A DNA stretch of 64,000 bases, from assembly GCA_963662905.2 (NCBI GenBank), contig CAXXFD010000004.1, positions 194,172-258,171 on the forward strand. The letters run 5' to 3'. This stretch comes from Bacteroidales bacterium. GTDB taxonomy: Bacteria > Bacteroidota > Bacteroidia > Bacteroidales > WRLA01. Each line of letters opens with the position of its first letter. Position 1 is the first letter of the stretch. A program made the translations under genes and the position numbers. The notes beneath the pieces are model-generated. The model did no database searches and had not been told where the DNA came from. It saw only the letters and a program-made list of their open reading frames with translations. Positions 1-10,558 of this stretch are shown one piece after another.

Positions 1-1454
1 AATGCCCGGCTGTCATCAGCATAGTATAAACCAAGCTTATAGAGCTGCATAATGCCCAGGTTTCCGCTTTTATCTACCCAATCATCGGAACCTGCATCCT
101 TTTTGTAAATACCGCCATCACATCCGCTGAAAACAGCCTGATTATGCGGATTATATGTAAGCATATGCTGATCGGCATGCACATAATCAATTTGCTGACG
201 TCCCTGCCAGTCGGCAGAATTTATCCAGTTCACTCCACCATCGGTTGACTTCCAGATATTCGCACCGCCGGCATAAAGTTCGTTTTCATCAAAAGGTGAT
301 GCCACAAAACCAATCATATAGTATCCAAAACCCTGATTATCATGCCCGTCAACATTATAGCCAATCAGGTTCAGCTGCTCATCGGCAATAGGCTCAAACC
401 AGCTCTCGCCACCGTCTGTAGATTTATAAAAACCATACATATCATTATTGGTGCTGCTGCTGCACAGCAAGTATATAAGCTCGGGATTTGCGGGTGTTGT
501 GGCAATACAAATCCTGTTGACTTCATAGCGGTTAAATCCTACGTCATTTACCGACATAAAAGTTTTCCCTCCATCATCCGACCTCCGGAAACGTGCTCCG
601 CCATTAGGGTTGAAAGTTGTTGCATAGACTACCGAATAATCTCCGGGCTTAAATGCAAGGTCTTTTACCCAGGAGTATCCTCCTACTCGTTCCCAGCTTT
701 CGCTGCCATCTTCCGAGCGGAAAATCCCTGCTTTGGTGGCCGCCAGCATAATATCCGGGTTTTCAGGGTTTATCAGGATTTCGCTCACCTGATTGCCATC
801 AAGCACTTCGAAATTCAGTCCGGTTACTTCCCAGCTGTATCCTCCATCAGTAGATTTAAGAATTCCAACGCTATAGGTCTCCCACCAGGTATCACGCGTA
901 CCGGTTGCCATAAAAAGCGTGTTCGCATCATTTGGGTGTACTTTCAGGTCGCTCACTCCAAGTGTAGGTAAATTATCGGTTAGGTTTATCCAGTGTGCGC
1001 CATCATCATATGTTTTCCATAAACCACCTGCAGGCGTGCCAATCCAGTATATATTTTCATCCGTTGGGTGAAAGGTAATACAATCGATACGGCCAATGCC
1101 TCCGGGACGGTCAAATGGCTGGCAATGGGGCACTTCACGGGGGCCAACTTCAGTCCAGTTGGCATAGGAAAATCCATTTCCGGAATTGCGTTGTGCCTTC
1201 TTCCATTCATCCCAGATGAGCTTATGCGGAATATGACCAGTTTCGTCCACTCTCCGGGAATAAAAATACTCCCAACGGGCAAACTTTTTCTTCAGGCGCG
1301 AAGATTCTAACTCAGGTTTTTCAAAGTGGTTCTCAAAAGCATCACGCATTTCATAAAATGAAGCCCCATGTTTCATTTGATCAGGAAAACGGTTTTGTGC
1401 TTTTATCGTGCAAAAAACACAAAGCAAAGAGGCAAGTATAAATATTCTCTTCAT
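1..1454 (-). CDS. Secreted BNR/Asp-box repeat beta-propeller protein (start present, 3' end runs off the left edge)
   Basis: Absent from the ORF track because it has no stop in the window. My hand translation of the reverse strand from ATG at 1454 stays open to position 1. It begins MKRIFILASLLCVFCTIKAQ (signal peptide). Asp-box S-x-D-x-G-x-x-W motifs recur: KSTDGGYSW, RSEDGSESW, RSDDGGKTF, KSTDGGESW, KSTDGGVNW. Confidence 0.75.
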   Translation of the reverse strand, partial: MKRIFILASLLCVFCTIKAQNRFPDQMKHGASFYEMRDAFENHFEKPELESSRLKKKFARWEYFYSRRVDETGHIPHKLIWDEWKKAQRNSGNGFSYANWTEVGPREVPHCQPFDRPGGIGRIDCITFHPTDENIYWIGTPAGGLWKTYDDGAHWINLTDNLPTLGVSDLKVHPNDANTLFMATGTRDTWWETYSVGILKSTDGGYSWEVTGLNFEVLDGNQVSEILINPENPDIMLAATKAGIFRSEDGSESWERVGGYSWVKDLAFKPGDYSVVYATTFNPNGGARFRRSDDGGKTFMSVNDVGFNRYEVNRICIATTPANPELIYLLCSSSTNNDMYGFYKSTDGGESWFEPIADEQLNLIGYNVDGHDNQGFGYYMIGFVASPFDENELYAGGANIWKSTDGGVNWINSADWQGRQQIDYVHADQHMLTYNPHNQAVFSGCDGGIYKKDAGSDDWVDKSGNLGIMQLYKLGLYYADDSRA

Positions 1455-1471
1455 GACAAAATTATTTTGTT

Positions 1472-2620
1472 TTATTTCTTAATTTTAAGTGCTTTACGTG
1501 TGCTTCGCTCTCCATTCAAGCTCAACTGAATAAAATACAGCCCTTCCTGCAAATATTCTGTACTCAGGCGTACTTTATACATTCCTTCTGCAAGTTTTTG
1601 GTCCAGGGGACGGGCGATGCATTTGCCTTCCCCGTTCAGTAGCTCAAGAACGACAGGCGCAGGCTCTTTAATAGCAAAATCAATTTCTGTATAATAATCA
1701 AAAGGATTGGGCCGGTTGTTGAGCGAATTGACGTTCTTCTTTTTTCCATTAACCCCTGTAATGAGTACATCCATTACATAAATATCAAAATTACCGTTGC
1801 GGGTAGAAGCAAAAGCGATTTTCCGCCCGTCTGGCGACCAATCCGGATGCGAATCAAAGGAAGGGTGGTCTGTTAATTGCCGGACTTCTTTTGTTTCCAA
1901 TGACATAATCCAGATGTCATGATTTCCGGAGCGTTCCGAAGCAAAGGCAATCATGCTTCCATCAGGCGACCAGCACACACGGTCATCGTTTGCGGGATGT
2001 TGTGTCAGCTGTTCAGGCGCACCACCTTTTGCCGGCACCATCCAGATATCGTAATTACCGCTGCGGTCGGAAGTAAAAGCAACATATTCACCCTTGGGTG
2101 ACCATGCCGGATGCCAGTTATCCGAACCGCTAACAAGTTGTTGAGCATCTCCTCCTTCAGCAGGCATCAGAAATATCTCAGAAGAAGATGCAAAGACAAT
2201 TTGTGTACCGTCGGGCGACCAGTCGGGATGGTTCTCGCTCAATGGCCAGGCAGTAAGCTCTTTGAATTCGTCTGTTTCCCTGTTGAAAACATATAAGTTA
2301 CAGGGGGCTTCATCCAATGGATACGCATCGAGCACAATACGGCTTCCATCAGGAGACCAGTTAAAAGACTGATCACCGTTTTTACAGAAATTCATTTGCT
2401 TAGGGTCGGCGCCCAATGCGGTCATGGTCCATATTCCCGTTTCTGTATCGCTTCTGGACGTATAAGCTAAAATTGATCCATCGGGCGACCATTTTGGGTG
2501 ATATTCATTTACGGGGCTACCGGTAAGGGCAACCGGTTGTGCCAAGCTTTGAAACATAAACACAAGCGTTACCATTACTAAGCAGAAACGCGATAATAAG
2601 TAATAAGGCATTGTTTTCAT
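1472..2620 (-). CDS. TolB-like PD40 beta-propeller repeat protein with T9SS C-terminal sorting domain
   Basis: At least six WSPDG(S/T/R) PD40 repeats, e.g. DWSPDGTQIVFAS and CWSPDGSMIAFASERSGNHDIWIM. The C-terminal ~80 aa (NRPNPFDYYTEIDF...GLYFIQLSLNGERSTRKALKIKK) look like a type-A T9SS CTD. The track start at 2668 is GTG; the ATG at 2620 gives the signal-peptide-like MKTMPYYLLSRFCLVMVTLVFMFQSLAQ. Confidence 0.8.
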   Translation of the reverse strand: MKTMPYYLLSRFCLVMVTLVFMFQSLAQPVALTGSPVNEYHPKWSPDGSILAYTSRSDTETGIWTMTALGADPKQMNFCKNGDQSFNWSPDGSRIVLDAYPLDEAPCNLYVFNRETDEFKELTAWPLSENHPDWSPDGTQIVFASSSEIFLMPAEGGDAQQLVSGSDNWHPAWSPKGEYVAFTSDRSGNYDIWMVPAKGGAPEQLTQHPANDDRVCWSPDGSMIAFASERSGNHDIWIMSLETKEVRQLTDHPSFDSHPDWSPDGRKIAFASTRNGNFDIYVMDVLITGVNGKKKNVNSLNNRPNPFDYYTEIDFAIKEPAPVVLELLNGEGKCIARPLDQKLAEGMYKVRLSTEYLQEGLYFIQLSLNGERSTRKALKIKK

Positions 2621-2833
2621 AAATTTTGGGGTTAATGCTACATTCAATGCAAAAACAATGTTTTGCACAATAAAAATACTGTGGGATTATAAATAGCTGA
2701 TCCGGAAATCGATGGATGGGCTGTTTTAGATTATCAACTTACGTTTTGGATTGATCTACCGGAAGTCAATCCGCTTGACTGCCTGAAAAATTCATTTGAA
2801 GCTATAGGAACCAGATAACGAAAACTATTCTGA

Positions 2834-3598
2834 TCACTTCCCCACAAAAGGCATCATATCCAGAAAAGCCTGGCGGCGCGATTTAGATAACGGAACGCTG
2901 TCTTCTGTATCCATAATGATATATCCCCCATCGGATTTTACATATTTTTTCACAAATTCGAGGTTGATCAGATGGGAATTATGTGGCCTGAAAAAAGGCC
3001 GACCCAATAGCAGCTCCTGAAATTCACCCAGGTTTTTGCTCATCAGGATTTCGCGCGAATCTTTGAGAAAAATGCGCGAATAACTCCCTTCGGCTTTTAT
3101 CCGGACAATGTCTGTTGCCTCAACAAATTCAATTCCATCCAATTGCGGCAGGCCAATTTTTGCCGGACGGCGGCTGTTCAGGTTTTCGAGCAGGGCGCTG
3201 AACTGTTTGCTAAAATTTTGTTTGTTCCGGATTACATCCGAAACTTTTTGCACAGCGGCCAGAAATTCTTTGATATTTATGGGCTTCAGTATATAATCGA
3301 CTGCGCTGAACTTAATTGCCTGAAGGGCATAATGATTATATGCCGTAATAAAAATCACATGAAAATCCACATCACCGAGCTGCTCGAGCAGGTTAAAACC
3401 TGTTCCATCCGGCATTTCCACATCCAGAAACAAAAGCTGCGGTTTTTTTTCTTCAATAATTTTCAGACCTCCATCCACAGAAAATGCTTTCCCTGCTACA
3501 TCAATATTTTCGCAGTATTCATCTATAAGTGAGGCTATAAAACTTACTGAATCCTGTTCATCGTCGATTATTATGGCTGAAATTTTATCCATGTTCAT
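2834..3598 (-). CDS. LytR/AlgR-family response regulator (receiver + LytTR DNA-binding domain)
   Basis: The receiver has IIDDE ... LLFLDVEMPDGTGF ... ITAY ... KP. The C-terminal LytTR-like region reads IVRIKAEGSYSRIFL ... FFRPHNSHLINLEFV. Its start overlaps the stop of the upstream kinase by 1 nt. Confidence 0.9.
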   Translation of the reverse strand: MNMDKISAIIIDDEQDSVSFIASLIDEYCENIDVAGKAFSVDGGLKIIEEKKPQLLFLDVEMPDGTGFNLLEQLGDVDFHVIFITAYNHYALQAIKFSAVDYILKPINIKEFLAAVQKVSDVIRNKQNFSKQFSALLENLNSRRPAKIGLPQLDGIEFVEATDIVRIKAEGSYSRIFLKDSREILMSKNLGEFQELLLGRPFFRPHNSHLINLEFVKKYVKSDGGYIIMDTEDSVPLSKSRRQAFLDMMPFVGK

Positions 3599-5523
3599 TA
3601 ATTTATTACAGGCATTATAATTACCACTTTTGTTCCAATGGGCCGCTTATTTGCGTCAAAAAGGTCGGTATAATTCACTTTTAAACGATGATCGAACTCA
3701 TCGCCCAGAATCTTGAGGCGCTCACGGGTCATGCTTGTGCCCATCGACTGGTGGTTGCGGCTTTTGAGGCGTTTGATTTCTTCGGCTTTTTCACGGCCAA
3801 TCCCATTGTCCTCCACAACACATTCAATGGTTCGGTAATCAAGCTGCTTTAGTTCGATCCGCAATTTCCCGTTTCCACTTAAAAAATGCAGCCCATGATT
3901 AATGGCATTCTCCACAAAGGGATGGATAATCATGCTCGGGATTTTCTGTTGCAGCACATCAATATCCTCATCAACAATAAGTTCCCAGTTAAATTTATTT
4001 TTAAAGCGCAACTGCTCCAATTCCACATAAAGCTTCAGGGCATCCAATTCATCTTTAATCGTGGTATATGTATTTTCTGAATTTTCGAGGCTTTTGCGAA
4101 TAAGCATGGCAAATTTGCTCATATAATCATTGGTCGCAATTTTATCGTTATTGTACATAAAGTACTGTATGGAATTCAAGGTATTGAACAAAAAATGCGG
4201 GTTCATTTGCTTGCGCAGATATTCCTGCCGTGCTTCCGAAACCTGCTTCTGCAACTGGCTCAGCTTTTGGCGTGAACGCAGCCGGTTTTGCCGGTAAAGC
4301 AGTACAATGATCACAATCACCAAAGCCGAGAAGGCAATTGAGGAATATAAGAGTATTTTGTTCATCCGGATATTCGCAGCCAGCACTTCCAGTTCCTTAT
4401 CTTTTTGCTCGGTTTGAAAGCGCGTACGTTCCTGCACATAAAGTTCACGATACTCCGAATTGCTGATCGAATCCAAAACCGCAGCATAGGCTTTCTGATA
4501 ACCGTATGCTTTCTGATAGTCGCCCAAAGAATCATAAACAGCTGACAAATAATAATTTGAAATTCTCAAAAGGTTTCTGTCCGGAGGTATGGTCATATGC
4601 TTCAGGCATTGATCCAGGCAAAACAATGCACTGTCGTATTGCTCCTGTTTCCAGTAATAAATCCCCAGATTGGCATAGGAATCGGACATTATCTGTTTCA
4701 TATTTGCCTTCGAGCTCAAAACAATACTTTCCCTGTAGTAATGAGCTCCTTCTTTGGTGTTTCCAAGCGTATTGCAAACCTGCCCAAGCTGATTATACAG
4801 CCAGGAAAGCTCGTAGGGCAAATTATATATCCTGATACTGCTGTCTTTACAAATGCCAATACATTTTTTGAGATAGTCCCGGGCAGTGAACTGATCATCG
4901 CGCCGGATGGCGTTTTGCGCATAGTACTGATATGTTCGGAAAATCCTATAACTGCTATCACCTTTCAAAGCCTCCATGAGCTTTTCGAGATATTGCCTAG
5001 CCAATTCATAATCATGGGTGATGCGGGCAATCGACTCAAGGCCCCAATAGGCTTCAGCAATATAATCGATATTGCCCGATTTTTCTGCCAGTACTTTCAT
5101 TTCCTCAAAGGAAAGACTGGCCTCGGAATAGCGCATCAGGTTTTTATTGAGCTGAGCAATATGATATGCCCTGCTCATCTGATAGACAAGGGACGAATCT
5201 GCGGGCATGTATTTTATTTCCTTATCGAGCATATAGGCTACGCTGTCGTACTCAGCTTTTCGAAAAAGCTGCCAGGCTTTGGCTACTGACAGCCGCCAGT
5301 TATTTTCGTAATTGTGCCCCAAGCGTATTGAATCGGCTATCCCAATCCATTTTGACAGCCTTTCATTGCAAAAACTATACTTTAATGCAGAATCACATGC
5401 CCCGCAATAGCTCAGTTTTTCTTCACCTGATATGGCATAAACTGCATTAAGCGAAAACATCGCAAGGAAAATCAATAGCATTTTGCTTTGGGCTTTAAAC
5501 TGTGTCAAAAAATGTCTGTTCAT
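3598..5523 (-). CDS. Sensor histidine kinase, LytS/YehU type, with long extracytoplasmic TPR-like region
   Basis: Domain order: signal/TM segment, ~350 aa of TPR-like helical repeats, one TM (LLYSSIAFSALVIVIIVLLY), a coiled coil, then the His_kinase motif NPHFLFNTLNSIQYF and an ATPase region (ENAINHG ... DNGIGR). Confidence 0.85.
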   Translation of the reverse strand: MNRHFLTQFKAQSKMLLIFLAMFSLNAVYAISGEEKLSYCGACDSALKYSFCNERLSKWIGIADSIRLGHNYENNWRLSVAKAWQLFRKAEYDSVAYMLDKEIKYMPADSSLVYQMSRAYHIAQLNKNLMRYSEASLSFEEMKVLAEKSGNIDYIAEAYWGLESIARITHDYELARQYLEKLMEALKGDSSYRIFRTYQYYAQNAIRRDDQFTARDYLKKCIGICKDSSIRIYNLPYELSWLYNQLGQVCNTLGNTKEGAHYYRESIVLSSKANMKQIMSDSYANLGIYYWKQEQYDSALFCLDQCLKHMTIPPDRNLLRISNYYLSAVYDSLGDYQKAYGYQKAYAAVLDSISNSEYRELYVQERTRFQTEQKDKELEVLAANIRMNKILLYSSIAFSALVIVIIVLLYRQNRLRSRQKLSQLQKQVSEARQEYLRKQMNPHFLFNTLNSIQYFMYNNDKIATNDYMSKFAMLIRKSLENSENTYTTIKDELDALKLYVELEQLRFKNKFNWELIVDEDIDVLQQKIPSMIIHPFVENAINHGLHFLSGNGKLRIELKQLDYRTIECVVEDNGIGREKAEEIKRLKSRNHQSMGTSMTRERLKILGDEFDHRLKVNYTDLFDANKRPIGTKVVIIMPVIN

Positions 5524-5780
5524 AAATAATTATACCTGGAGAATACCATTGCTCAAAGAAAATCATTTCCTGAATGTTTTTGGGTATCAAATTTACGAAT
5601 TAATCTATTGGGGCGATGGATGGGCCAATAGGGTTTATTGCTTAGGTTAATAAAAACCTATAGGTTTTGCACAAAATTCCGAATGGAATCATTTTATAAG
5701 TTAAGATTATCGCTATTTTATTGGTACTAACGTAAAAATTGCCTAATTTTCGGAAATTATTTCACAAAACCAATCCGGCC

Positions 5781-7664
5781 ATGAAGCGCATTTTTCATAA
5801 CCTTCATTTTTTGTGTGCATGTTTCTGTTTTTTTGCTGCCACACTCAATGCACAGAATAATAAATCAGCCGACAGTTTCATTTTAGGCGTAGTTGATTAT
5901 TGCGATTCCACAAAAATCAACAGCACTTATTATCCTGTAGTGCAGGAGATAGCACGTGTTACGGGAAAGGAAGCAAGCCTGGAAATATATCCCTACGACC
6001 GATTGAAATACGCATTAATGCATGATGAAATAGATATGGCCATATTCTCGCCCAATGCCTATATCGATGCCAAAAAAGAATTTGATGCCAATGGTTTTGC
6101 CGATATCGAGGCTTTCGCTTCACATATTGCAAATGGCCGCAAAGGATATTACGGTGTAATTGTCGTTTTTGACAGCACAGAAACATACACATTGTCCGGT
6201 CTTAAAGGGAAAAGGTTTATGTTTACGCATACACTTAGCACATCCGGTTACAAACTACCCTACAATGTCTTGATAAAAAACGGTATTGAGCCCAGTATGG
6301 ATTTCACCTCTGAGGAGCTTTTTTCGGGTTCCCATATTTTATCTATAAAAGCGCTTCAGGATGGAAAAACCGATGGTATTGCAACCTATATTGAAGCCCT
6401 TATTCAGGAGCCATCCATCGACACCTCCGACTTACGCATTTTGCATAAAACCGGCCTTATACCCTACAACGCATATGTTTTTGCTGCAGGAACAGATGAA
6501 AAAACACGCCGTCAGGTAAAAGATTTTATGTTTCATGCCCATGAAAACCTTGAGACATATAACCGTATTTTCAAAAATATCCTGGGCATAACGCAATGGT
6601 TTCCAATAGATGACAGCTTTTATAACGGCCTTAGGCCGCTCTGTGGCGTAAAACGCAACAAACCCAAAATCTATTTGCGCTACGACAAAACGAAAACAAG
6701 TCCGGATAACGACACCATCGAATTTTTGCTCCAACGTTGCCGCGAAGAACTTATGGGCGCAAACCGCTTTCAGGTATTGGAAAATCCCGTTTCGGATGCT
6801 GCTGATTCCATAATTTTTAAAATTTACCATCCCAAACAGAATACATACTCCATCTCGGCCTATCTCAACAATAAACTGCTTTTTAATCACGACCAGCCAA
6901 TAGATGCTATATCGGATTTCCCTCCTCTGTTTAAAAATAAAATACTCGGGGCATTTCCCGTAAAAACGCGTCTTGATTATGATGGGAAAAACCAATACTG
7001 GATAGTGCATTATGGCACAAACGATGGAATTACAGATGAATATACCTTTGAAATATCGGAAGGCCATTATAAAACACAATTGGAGTCAGACGCTTTTCAT
7101 TTGAATGAAAGCTTTACCGTACTGAAACCCCAAAAAGATAATAAACTCAGCAAAGGCGACCCGGTTACTATTCTGCACAAAGCAAATCAAGCAATTGATA
7201 CAACCACAAAAGAAGGATTATGGGACAACTTCTGGTCGAAACTGGATAATATCTGGGGTGTCATCGGACTACTGGCCGCACTCATCACAGCAGCAGCAGG
7301 CACTTTCTTTTCCTACCGAAAAAAGAAACGCTTCCGGCAGATGCTCCATCAAGCCAATCATATACTCAAAGAACATTTTGAAGGAAAAGAAATTGACAAA
7401 AACCTGAGCGAGCTCAAGCTGCAGATCAGCGAACTTTTTGAAAAACACTATATCAAAGAACAGCATTATCAGTTTTTAAAAGAGAAAATCAATGAAATTA
7501 AAGGGATAATCTCGCAACGTTCACAAATATCCGACTCCCTCAAAGTTGAAATAGAGCGTATTACCAGTGACGGCAAGATCACCGAAAAAGAATACAACCG
7601 CTTGATCAACCTTCTGGAACGTGAAGAAAAACGGCAGGGAAAGGCAAAAGAGCCCAAGCTTTAG
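5781..7664 (+). CDS. Membrane-anchored protein with a PhnD-like periplasmic substrate-binding domain, one TM helix and a cytoplasmic coiled coil
   Basis: The track start at 5739 is TTG; the ATG at 5781 gives MKRIFHNLHFLCACFCFFAATLNAQ. The N-terminal ~270 aa resemble PhnD/phosphonate-type binding proteins (FILGVV ... MAIFSPNAYI ... YYGVIVV ... FTHTLSTSGYKLP ... IPYNAYVF). A TM helix (IWGVIGLLAALITAAAGTFFSY) is followed by a K/E-rich coiled coil. There is no kinase or other output domain. Confidence 0.6.
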   Translation: MKRIFHNLHFLCACFCFFAATLNAQNNKSADSFILGVVDYCDSTKINSTYYPVVQEIARVTGKEASLEIYPYDRLKYALMHDEIDMAIFSPNAYIDAKKEFDANGFADIEAFASHIANGRKGYYGVIVVFDSTETYTLSGLKGKRFMFTHTLSTSGYKLPYNVLIKNGIEPSMDFTSEELFSGSHILSIKALQDGKTDGIATYIEALIQEPSIDTSDLRILHKTGLIPYNAYVFAAGTDEKTRRQVKDFMFHAHENLETYNRIFKNILGITQWFPIDDSFYNGLRPLCGVKRNKPKIYLRYDKTKTSPDNDTIEFLLQRCREELMGANRFQVLENPVSDAADSIIFKIYHPKQNTYSISAYLNNKLLFNHDQPIDAISDFPPLFKNKILGAFPVKTRLDYDGKNQYWIVHYGTNDGITDEYTFEISEGHYKTQLESDAFHLNESFTVLKPQKDNKLSKGDPVTILHKANQAIDTTTKEGLWDNFWSKLDNIWGVIGLLAALITAAAGTFFSYRKKKRFRQMLHQANHILKEHFEGKEIDKNLSELKLQISELFEKHYIKEQHYQFLKEKINEIKGIISQRSQISDSLKVEIERITSDGKITEKEYNRLINLLEREEKRQGKAKEPKL

Positions 7665-7753
7665 ATTTTATTTGTCCAGGACTACCAAAATCCGGACTTG
7701 CTTTTAGCAAGCTTTCAGGTCTGGTTATAAAGTATTTATAGCCAAAATCAGGC

Positions 7754-10150
7754 TTAAAACTCCACCATAATCCCAATCGTGGGTAAAACCTGTCCTGCCT
7801 GATTCGGAATGCTGCGAAGGATGTAATTTTCCGGGTTCGCCGGATCGATTACAGGAATGCCATCGGGATCCAGATTGGTCAGATAATCCTGTTCTGTAGC
7901 TTTGAAGTTGTAGAGGTTCTGGATATCAAGATAGAACATCAGCGACCATTTATCAAAGAAATATTGCTTATCGACACGCACATCCAGCTGGTGGAAATTA
8001 CCCAACCTCAGCGTATTCAGGCGGCCATAATCCAGATATGCCCTCCCCTGCGCATCCCAGTTGGCGCGGTTGGCGGATTTGAGCAAATCGTATGGCGTAT
8101 AGGGCGCACCACCCACAAAACGCCATTTTAAACCCACGTCCCAATTCCTTTTGAAGCCTTTGGTTACTGTAACATTCAAAAGGTGTTTATTGTCCCAGGA
8201 TGATGGAATATACTCCTCATCCGCCGATTGAAATTCGGAGCGCACAAAAGTATAGGAAACAATGATATTCAAACCCTCGAACATACGGTCGCGGGCCAGA
8301 ATTTCAAAACCATAGGCGCGTCCATCGGAAATACTGAGCACTTCTTCATCGCCAAAAACCCCGTAATCGGCGCCTTTATTGGCCAGCGCAATGCTGTCGG
8401 TAACCGAAAAAGGATAATCCTGATACCATTTGTAAAAGCCTTCAAGGCTGATTTTGGCATTCTCTGAAGGTAGAAATTCCAGTCCGGCAACGAGATGATT
8501 GGCGGCAATGTATTTGAGCTTGTTTTCCTTGTTCACCAGATCGCCTTCATTATCGCGGAAGCCGAGCGTAGTATAGGCGGGAAGCTGGTAATATCGCCCG
8601 GTATTGAAACTTATATTCCATTTCGGAGCCAAAGTATAGCTGGCCGAAAAACGTGGCGAAAGCTGGTTGAGCGGGTTGCTCATTTCGCTGGAATAATCGC
8701 TGATATCGGTACGCAAACCCAAGGAAAGCGTCAGTCGATCCTGAAGCATGCTGCGGCTCACTTGCCCAAAAGCTTCTGCACTAAAAAGGTTCAGCTTTGA
8801 ATTATAGTCAATGACCGTAAGTTTGTTGTTGATAACGCGTTTCTGATATGTTGAATTGGTGTATCTGGCATATTGTCCGCCGCCACCAAATCGGATTTTC
8901 CAGTTTCCGCTGTTCAGCAGGCGCTCATAACGAATTTTATTTTCGGCTTCATCCGAGGTATAATCCAGAATTTTATTGGCTTCGGAGCTTTCGTCATTGT
9001 CTTTGTATTTGTAACTGTTGTTGCGCAGCATATTGCGCGATGCCACCAACTGACTGAAACCGTTTTTGTGGAAATGCTTCCAGGAAATACCAACCGTATA
9101 GTTCCATTGGGTATTCACCGGAAGGTAGCCTAAAATATAGCGTTGATCGTCGTCCGGATTTTCAATGCCGGTATTGAGCTTAAAGTCATCGATTGCGCCC
9201 AGGCCAATAAAGCTGATGCGGTTTTTCTCGTTGACGCGCCAATCGTATTTCAATTGAAAATCATTATAGGTCGGCAAAAACGGCAATCCGATTGCATCGA
9301 ATAAAAATTGCAGGTAGGATCGACGGGCGGAAAAAAGAATCCCGCTATTTTCGCTGATGGGGCCATTGAGCGAAAGCGCCAAATCGCTGGCACCCAATGT
9401 TGCCCGCACATTCATCTTATCGCGGTTGGGCTCAATCTGCCGAAATTCGATAATGGAGCTCAAAGCATTACCACGGTTTGCAGGAAAAGCGCCCGAGTAA
9501 AACTCCACTTCGCGGATGAAATCCACATTGATAATCCCGTTAGGGCCACCGGAAGCACCTTGTGTAGCAAAGTGGTTTAGGTTGGGAATTTCGATGCCGT
9601 CGAGGTAAAAGGAGTTTTCTGAGGGACCACCACCACGCACAATAACATCATTACGGTAGGCCGGAGTGCTGGCTACGCCCGGAAGCGCCTGAATTACACG
9701 CGAAATATCGCGGTTGGAACCGGGATTCTTTTCGATTTCTTCGATTCCAAGTGTCCGCAAACTCACCGGGCTTTCCTCCTTTTTCAGGAAAGGATTGGCT
9801 TTAACCACAACCGCCTCTAATGCCACAGTAGTTTGATTCATAGGCACTTCAATATAAGCCACTTTGCTTTTTGTTACGAGAAAATCGCTTGTAATCTTTT
9901 TTTCGTAGCCCACCTGTGTGGCAGCAAGCCTGTGATAACCCACCGAAACTCCATCGATACGGAAATTTCCATCCAGATCGGTGGTTGCTCCGGTTTGCGT
10001 GCCCCAGACCAATACATTCGTAAAGGGCAGCGGTTCGTTTGTGTTTGCATCAAAAACCTTTCCGCTGATGCTTCCTGTTTGCGCATACAATCCTGATGCG
10101 CTTAAGATTAATATTAGGGTACTTAAAAATCCAATTTTCAAATTTTTCAT
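7754..10150 (-). CDS. TonB-dependent receptor with carboxypeptidase-regulatory-like N-terminal domain
   Basis: Signal peptide MKNLKIGFLSTLILILSASGLYAQ. CarboxypepD_reg-like start (GSISGKVFDANTNEPLPFTNVLV). Plug-like segment (SLRTLGIEEIEKNPGSNRDISRVIQALPGV). Long barrel ending in the aromatic ...GIMVEF. Confidence 0.85.
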   Translation of the reverse strand: MKNLKIGFLSTLILILSASGLYAQTGSISGKVFDANTNEPLPFTNVLVWGTQTGATTDLDGNFRIDGVSVGYHRLAATQVGYEKKITSDFLVTKSKVAYIEVPMNQTTVALEAVVVKANPFLKKEESPVSLRTLGIEEIEKNPGSNRDISRVIQALPGVASTPAYRNDVIVRGGGPSENSFYLDGIEIPNLNHFATQGASGGPNGIINVDFIREVEFYSGAFPANRGNALSSIIEFRQIEPNRDKMNVRATLGASDLALSLNGPISENSGILFSARRSYLQFLFDAIGLPFLPTYNDFQLKYDWRVNEKNRISFIGLGAIDDFKLNTGIENPDDDQRYILGYLPVNTQWNYTVGISWKHFHKNGFSQLVASRNMLRNNSYKYKDNDESSEANKILDYTSDEAENKIRYERLLNSGNWKIRFGGGGQYARYTNSTYQKRVINNKLTVIDYNSKLNLFSAEAFGQVSRSMLQDRLTLSLGLRTDISDYSSEMSNPLNQLSPRFSASYTLAPKWNISFNTGRYYQLPAYTTLGFRDNEGDLVNKENKLKYIAANHLVAGLEFLPSENAKISLEGFYKWYQDYPFSVTDSIALANKGADYGVFGDEEVLSISDGRAYGFEILARDRMFEGLNIIVSYTFVRSEFQSADEEYIPSSWDNKHLLNVTVTKGFKRNWDVGLKWRFVGGAPYTPYDLLKSANRANWDAQGRAYLDYGRLNTLRLGNFHQLDVRVDKQYFFDKWSLMFYLDIQNLYNFKATEQDYLTNLDPDGIPVIDPANPENYILRSIPNQAGQVLPTIGIMVEF

Positions 10151-10384
10151 TGTTCTGCTTTTTCTTATGCAAAGAACGACAGAAAACAGGTTTTGTTCAA
10201 CAATTTTTTTAAAAAATTAAACAAAACTCGTTTAATCTCTCATAGATTCCCCAGCCACTTTGTGGCCGCTTTAAGAAAGTGATTAAAATGATATCAGGAA
10301 AAATACAACAATTTTGAAGTATAACTCAAAAATAACATAATAATTTTGAGTTACACCTCAGAAATATTATAAGAATTTTGAGTT

Positions 10385-10558
10385 AGGCCCTTCGGCTTAC
10401 TTCGGCTACGCTCAGCACAGGCCGCTCAGGGGCCTTCAATTGTAGTTAAAATTAAAATCTAAGGCCCTCGAGCGGAGCCGAGAGGCCGATGTTAAAACAA
10501 AATCAAAGGCCCTTCGAACTGCCTGTAGGGAGCGGAGTCGAACTAAGTCGAGAGGCCG
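10385..10558. repeat. Three GC-rich hairpin-forming repeat units (10385..10435, 10461..10488, 10506..10558)
   Basis: Each unit starts (a)aggccc and ends gaggccg or ggggcct, so the termini are self-complementary. Units 2 and 3 share ggccct(t)cga...gagcggag(c/t)cga...gagaggccg. The region stands out as GC-rich within AT-rich spacer. Confidence 0.55.

Noticed and set aside
342-971. 209-aa plus-strand ORF, with 986..1282 (-) and 1068..1310 (+)
   Set aside because: They lie inside or antisense to the long open minus-strand frame (1..1454), which carries clear Asp-box repeats. Their own translations are low-complexity and motif-free.
2710-5625. 12-mer cgatggatgggc on both sides of the LytS/LytTR operon (2710..2721 and 5614..5625)
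   Set aside because: By a rough estimate (pairs of positions divided by 4^12), many exact 12-mer repeats are expected by chance in 64 kb on two strands. There is no extended similarity around either copy.
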